Below the pieces are notes generated by a model that was not told where the DNA came from, ran no database searches, and saw only the letters and a list, made by a program, of their open reading frames with translations. The translations under genes were made by a program, and so were the position numbers. A stretch of 64,000 bases of DNA from an uncultured Verrucomicrobiota bacterium (GTDB lineage: Bacteria > Verrucomicrobiota > Kiritimatiellia > CAIVKH01): positions 3,541 through 67,540 of the forward strand of contig CALKUH010000045.1 in NCBI GenBank assembly GCA_937996795.1. Direction: 5' to 3'. Positions within the stretch are counted from its first letter, which is position 1, and every line of letters begins with the position of its first letter. Shown one piece after another: positions 60,480-64,000 of this stretch.

Positions 60480-63374
60480 CTAGAGGATGCGCGTCGTGGC
60501 GAGCGGAGCATAGCCGTCAATCGCCTCGGCGCTGCCGAGGACGACCACACGGCCCTTCTCGCGCATCCCGCGGAGGGTTTCACCAAAACGATGGAAGTCC
60601 TTGATCGTCGTGGCGAGAACCTCCTCGCGCATCTGCTGGCGGAATGCGTCAGGGTCGTTGGCGAGATAGCGGCACATCGATGTATATCCGCGCGCATCCG
60701 GCAGCATGTATTGGTCGAGATCCCCGATGGCGCCGATGATGGCCTTCGTCAATTCATCGCGATTGAGGTCTAGCCCTGCCAGGTGGTCCGACGCGGCGTC
60801 GTACACCTCCAGCGTGGCCTTGAGATTGGGGTCGCGATAGGAGACGAAACTGATGAGGCCGGCGCGGTGGTCGAGTGAGCAGAAGCCGCCATACGCGCCG
60901 CCCTGCACGCGCACTTTTTCCCAGAGATACGCGGTGCGCAGGAATCGTGACACCACGAGATCGGCGCCTGTGAATGCGTGGCCTGTGGCGCTCCACGAGA
61001 AGACCTTGCCCACGTAATTCACCGCAGCCGGTATTGCGAGCCCTTCCGAGGCCGGTGGTTCGGGAGCGATCCATTCAGGTTGCCGCGTGGACCGCGTGGG
61101 CAGGTCGGCCAGGAATCGAGCCACGAGCGGTTCCACGCGCGACCACGCGGCGCCGTCAATCGTCGCGTTGAGCAGCATCGTTTTCCGGTTGAGGAGTGTT
61201 TCGAGCACGCGTGCGAGCGAGGCCGCGATGCGGTCCCAATCACTCTCGATGTCCTTCACCAGTTTGCGCAGGAACTGGAGATAGCTGACACCGCCCATCC
61301 ACTCGGCCGCGCGATTCGCTTCGTCGTACCCCGCGCGGAGGCGCAGGCCGACATAGCTGTGGCCGGATGGAACGAGATTCGCCTCAAGCCCGGCTTTTTC
61401 CTCCAGCGCGATCTGCTTGATGCGCGTGCGCAGATCGAGCCGCGCCGTCGTGAGGATGTCTCGCAGGATGTCGAGCAGATCCCCGGCCTGGGTTTCCATT
61501 GCCTTGCCGCGCAGGAAAAGCCAGCACGCGCCGGCAGTTGTTTCGCGGACCACGGACGTGAATGTTCTCGGGGTGATGCCACCCGTGCGGCTGCCGATGC
61601 GCTGGTTCAGCGCCACGAAATCCTCGCTGGCCGTGCCGGTTTCGAGCAGTGCGCGCGCGAGCAGCGGCACATACGGCAGGAGTTCCGGCGTTAGTCCGCG
61701 CAGGTTGAAGCCGACATCGAGATATAGAATCCCGTTCGTAAATAGATCGTGGAAGAGGACCCGGGTTCCCGCGTGATATTGCTTCGCGAGGGGAATTGGT
61801 TTGTTTTCGCGCGGCAGGTCCCCGAGCGAGAGCCTCGGAATGCGCGCCAGCGCCTCGGGATCGTCCGGTGTGCCCTGCAACTTGATCAATTCGGCCGTGT
61901 GCGCAGCCAGGGCCTCTCGCTCCGCCGCGGAGAGTGCCGCCTGCGCGGCATCCAGGCGCGCCCGTTCCTCCGCATCCAGGCGAGCCCCCAGATCCGGGTC
62001 GGGATTCAACGTAACAACGGTATGGTGCGGATTGTCCAGCAGCCACACGCGGATGAGTTGTTCGAACACGCGTTCACCCGCGGCGACACGGGCGCGCAAT
62101 TGCGCAAGGGGCGCGGCGAAACGGAGCGGGGCGAGCGGATCGCCGTCGTAATTCCAACTGGTCAGCGCGCGCAGCATCAGCACGAGGCCGCGCGGGTAGC
62201 TGCCCGTGTTGTTTTCGCGCAGCGCGAATTCGGTGGTGTTGAGCGCGGCTTCGAGCGTTTTCGGGTCGATGCCCTCGTCGGCGAGCCGGGTGAGGACGGC
62301 GCGAATCAGCGGCGCGACCTCGCTGGTGCGGGAGGCCTCCACACCTCGCAGTCCCGTGGAAAAAAACATCTGGCGCGCATGCGTTTCGAATCCGCAGCCG
62401 GCCAGGTCCTCGCCGAGTCCAGACTCCAGCAATGCCTTGCGCAGCGGCGATGCAGGCGTGCCGATCAGGATGTGGGCAAGGATCTGCGCGTGCAGGGCGG
62501 CGGTGGCGTCGACAGGCGAGGGCCAGACCCAGTTGGCTGCGACGAAGGATTTCCCGCCCGTCTCCCCGTCCACGCGGTAGCCATGTGTCGCGGCACGCGG
62601 TGAGGGAAACGCCGGTTGCAGGGGCACGGTGGAATCCGGCGCCTGTCGTTCAAATGCGCTGAGCCACGCGTCGAGACGCTTAAGGCGGTCTTCGGCGGGA
62701 TCGTCGCCATAGAAGAAGATACGGCTGTTAGAGGGGTGGTAGAAGCGGCGGTGGAATCCGGTGAGCTGCTCGTACGTCAGGTTCGGGATATGCGCGGGGT
62801 CGCCGCCGGAATCGAGGCCATAGGTCGTCTCGGGAAAGAGGGAGTGTTGCGCCTGCTCGATGAGGACGCTGTCGGGCGAGGAGTAGACGCCCTTCATTTC
62901 ATTGAAGACGACACCTTTGAAAATGAGCGGCTGGTCCGGCGCCTCCAGTTCGTAATGCCATCCTTCCTGTTCGTAGGTTTCGCGCGAGAGGATGGGGTGG
63001 AACACCGCGTCCAGATAGACATCAATGAGGTTGTAAAAGTCCTGCAGGTTCTGGCTCGCGACGGGGTAGCACGTCTTGTCGGGATAGGTGAAGGCGTTGA
63101 GAAAGGTCTGGAGCGAGCCTTTCAGCAGCTCCACGAAGGGTTCACGCGTCGGGTACTTTTTTGAGCCGCACAGGACCGAGTGTTCCAGGATGTGTGCGAC
63201 GCCGGTATGGTCCGACGGCGGTGTGCGGAACGTGATCCCAAAGACCTTGTTCTCATCCGGTGCTTCCACCGAAAGCAGCTCGGCACCTGTTTTGATGTGG
63301 CGGTACAGGTGTGCGCGTGCGCCGTATTCGGTCAGTTCTTCGGTGCGCAGCCACTCAAATCCATGATGGGTCAT
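60480..63374 (-). CDS. M16C-family metalloprotease (presequence-protease/PreP-like)
   Basis: It has the inverted zinc motif HILEHSVLCGS and an M16C-associated middle domain. The start was trimmed to the ATG at 63374, which has a GAGGAG ribosome-binding site. Confidence 0.8.
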   Translation of the reverse strand: MTHHGFEWLRTEELTEYGARAHLYRHIKTGAELLSVEAPDENKVFGITFRTPPSDHTGVAHILEHSVLCGSKKYPTREPFVELLKGSLQTFLNAFTYPDKTCYPVASQNLQDFYNLIDVYLDAVFHPILSRETYEQEGWHYELEAPDQPLIFKGVVFNEMKGVYSSPDSVLIEQAQHSLFPETTYGLDSGGDPAHIPNLTYEQLTGFHRRFYHPSNSRIFFYGDDPAEDRLKRLDAWLSAFERQAPDSTVPLQPAFPSPRAATHGYRVDGETGGKSFVAANWVWPSPVDATAALHAQILAHILIGTPASPLRKALLESGLGEDLAGCGFETHARQMFFSTGLRGVEASRTSEVAPLIRAVLTRLADEGIDPKTLEAALNTTEFALRENNTGSYPRGLVLMLRALTSWNYDGDPLAPLRFAAPLAQLRARVAAGERVFEQLIRVWLLDNPHHTVVTLNPDPDLGARLDAEERARLDAAQAALSAAEREALAAHTAELIKLQGTPDDPEALARIPRLSLGDLPRENKPIPLAKQYHAGTRVLFHDLFTNGILYLDVGFNLRGLTPELLPYVPLLARALLETGTASEDFVALNQRIGSRTGGITPRTFTSVVRETTAGACWLFLRGKAMETQAGDLLDILRDILTTARLDLRTRIKQIALEEKAGLEANLVPSGHSYVGLRLRAGYDEANRAAEWMGGVSYLQFLRKLVKDIESDWDRIAASLARVLETLLNRKTMLLNATIDGAAWSRVEPLVARFLADLPTRSTRQPEWIAPEPPASEGLAIPAAVNYVGKVFSWSATGHAFTGADLVVSRFLRTAYLWEKVRVQGGAYGGFCSLDHRAGLISFVSYRDPNLKATLEVYDAASDHLAGLDLNRDELTKAIIGAIGDLDQYMLPDARGYTSMCRYLANDPDAFRQQMREEVLATTIKDFHRFGETLRGMREKGRVVVLGSAEAIDGYAPLATTRIL

Positions 63375-63496
63375 CTGGGAACTCCTCTCGAAAAGTGCGA
63401 AAACCCTACCACACGACGTACGTTCGCACAAAGATCGATCCGGCTTGCGCGCAATTCCCGGTTTATCTCCAGGCTGTGCGGTTCTAGAATCGAGGC

Positions 63497-64000
63497 ATGT
63501 TTCGGTGTCCGCGATGTGACCATCCGTTGGATGCGAGCCGCAAGGCGGCGGGTGTTTATTATCCGTGCTCGCGCTGCGGCGGGCGCGCCGTGGGGCTTGG
63601 GGTGTTGCGCACGTCGATTGCGCGACCCGCGCTGAGTGCACTTTGGCAGGCGTCTCGCGACGCTCCGCTTTCCACGTCGTGCGCATGCCCGTCATGTCGG
63701 AGAACCATGGTTGAAGTACGCGCGCCATCCGGCGATCCGCCGGTGGAACTGGATGTCTGCCGACGCTGTCACTTGATCTGGTTTGACGGCGGGGAGCGCG
63801 CGCAATTGAACGCGGTATCCCTGCCGGACAAGACGCCCGAGCTCTCGCGAAAGGCGCGGGTGGTGGTGGCGCTGCACCAGGTGGACGAACTGCGGCGGCG
63901 GTCGGATGCGGAGGATCCGGAGCATGCGCGCCCGGAGGAGTGGTGGAAGTGGATTCCCGGTGTCTTTGCCCTGCCGGTTGAACGTGATGCATCGCCGCCC
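63497..64000 (+). CDS. Tandem zinc-ribbon (zf-TFIIB-like) protein, partial. It runs off the end of the window.
   Basis: There are two CPxC...CxxCxGxW(F/L)D units (CPRCDH...CSRCGG and CPSCRR...CRRCHLIWFDGGE). No stop codon occurs before base 64000. Confidence 0.5.
   Translation, partial: MFRCPRCDHPLDASRKAAGVYYPCSRCGGRAVGLGVLRTSIARPALSALWQASRDAPLSTSCACPSCRRTMVEVRAPSGDPPVELDVCRRCHLIWFDGGERAQLNAVSLPDKTPELSRKARVVVALHQVDELRRRSDAEDPEHARPEEWWKWIPGVFALPVERDASPP

Noticed and set aside
60480-63992. The full 1170-codon ORF of the M16 protease has a roughly 200-aa Pro/Arg-rich N-terminal extension.
   Set aside because: The conserved protein begins at MTHHGFEW, preceded by a GAGGAG ribosome-binding site at 63374. 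The upstream extension is low-complexity translation of the promoter region that is divergent from the zinc-ribbon gene.

Overview
This is a 64 kb high-G+C chromosomal segment from a diderm (Gram-negative) bacterium. LptF/G, LpxA, FabZ and a GspD-type secretin are all present. It may be PVC/Verrucomicrobia-like, but that guess is very tentative and rests only on gene content and composition. Almost the whole window is densely packed housekeeping operons. Many adjacent genes overlap by the four bases ATGA or GTGA, which is the usual signature of translational coupling.

Left to right the window contains:
- the 3' end of a low-G+C foreign-looking gene, a SAM-dependent methyltransferase and a glycerophosphodiester phosphodiesterase;
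- infA, an RluD-like pseudouridine synthase, an AmmeMemoRadiSam radical SAM enzyme, TerC and LptF/G;
- the glycolytic operon gap-pgk-tpiA-secG;
- an unusual doubled oligopeptide-type ABC importer (two binding proteins and two permease pairs sharing one OppD/OppF pair);
- a CBS protein and a small glycan-modification cluster (epimerase, hexapeptide acyltransferase, GT4 glycosyltransferase);
- a low-G+C BrnT/BrnA toxin-antitoxin islet;
- trpS-scpA-scpB, followed by an aromatic amino acid supraoperon (chorismate mutase, hisC, DAHP synthase, tyrA, aroA, cmk, plsC), then ispD;
- lepB, acyP and a metallophosphoesterase;
- tRNA-Leu(CAG);
- a PpiC-type foldase and a 2-hydroxyacid dehydrogenase;
- an 8.8 kb operon joining a MotA/TolQ-like channel with a coiled-coil tail, two ExbD/TolR paralogs, fabZ-lpxA, a secretin and GspE/GspF;
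- the biotin genes bioD, bioC, bioH and bioF, with bioB divergent;
- an HTTM-domain protein with a small coupled partner;
- an operon of a miniature secretin-domain protein plus a flippase-like TM domain fused to a methyltransferase;
- panE, an M16C presequence-type protease, and the start of a zinc-ribbon protein.

The most notable non-coding signal is a 17-bp motif, TTGCAACGTCTGTAAAA. It occurs as a direct pair with an exact 32-bp period at three separate intergenic loci. No CRISPR array, transposase or integrase is visible. The long ORFs that lie antisense to real genes are treated as high-G+C artefacts.
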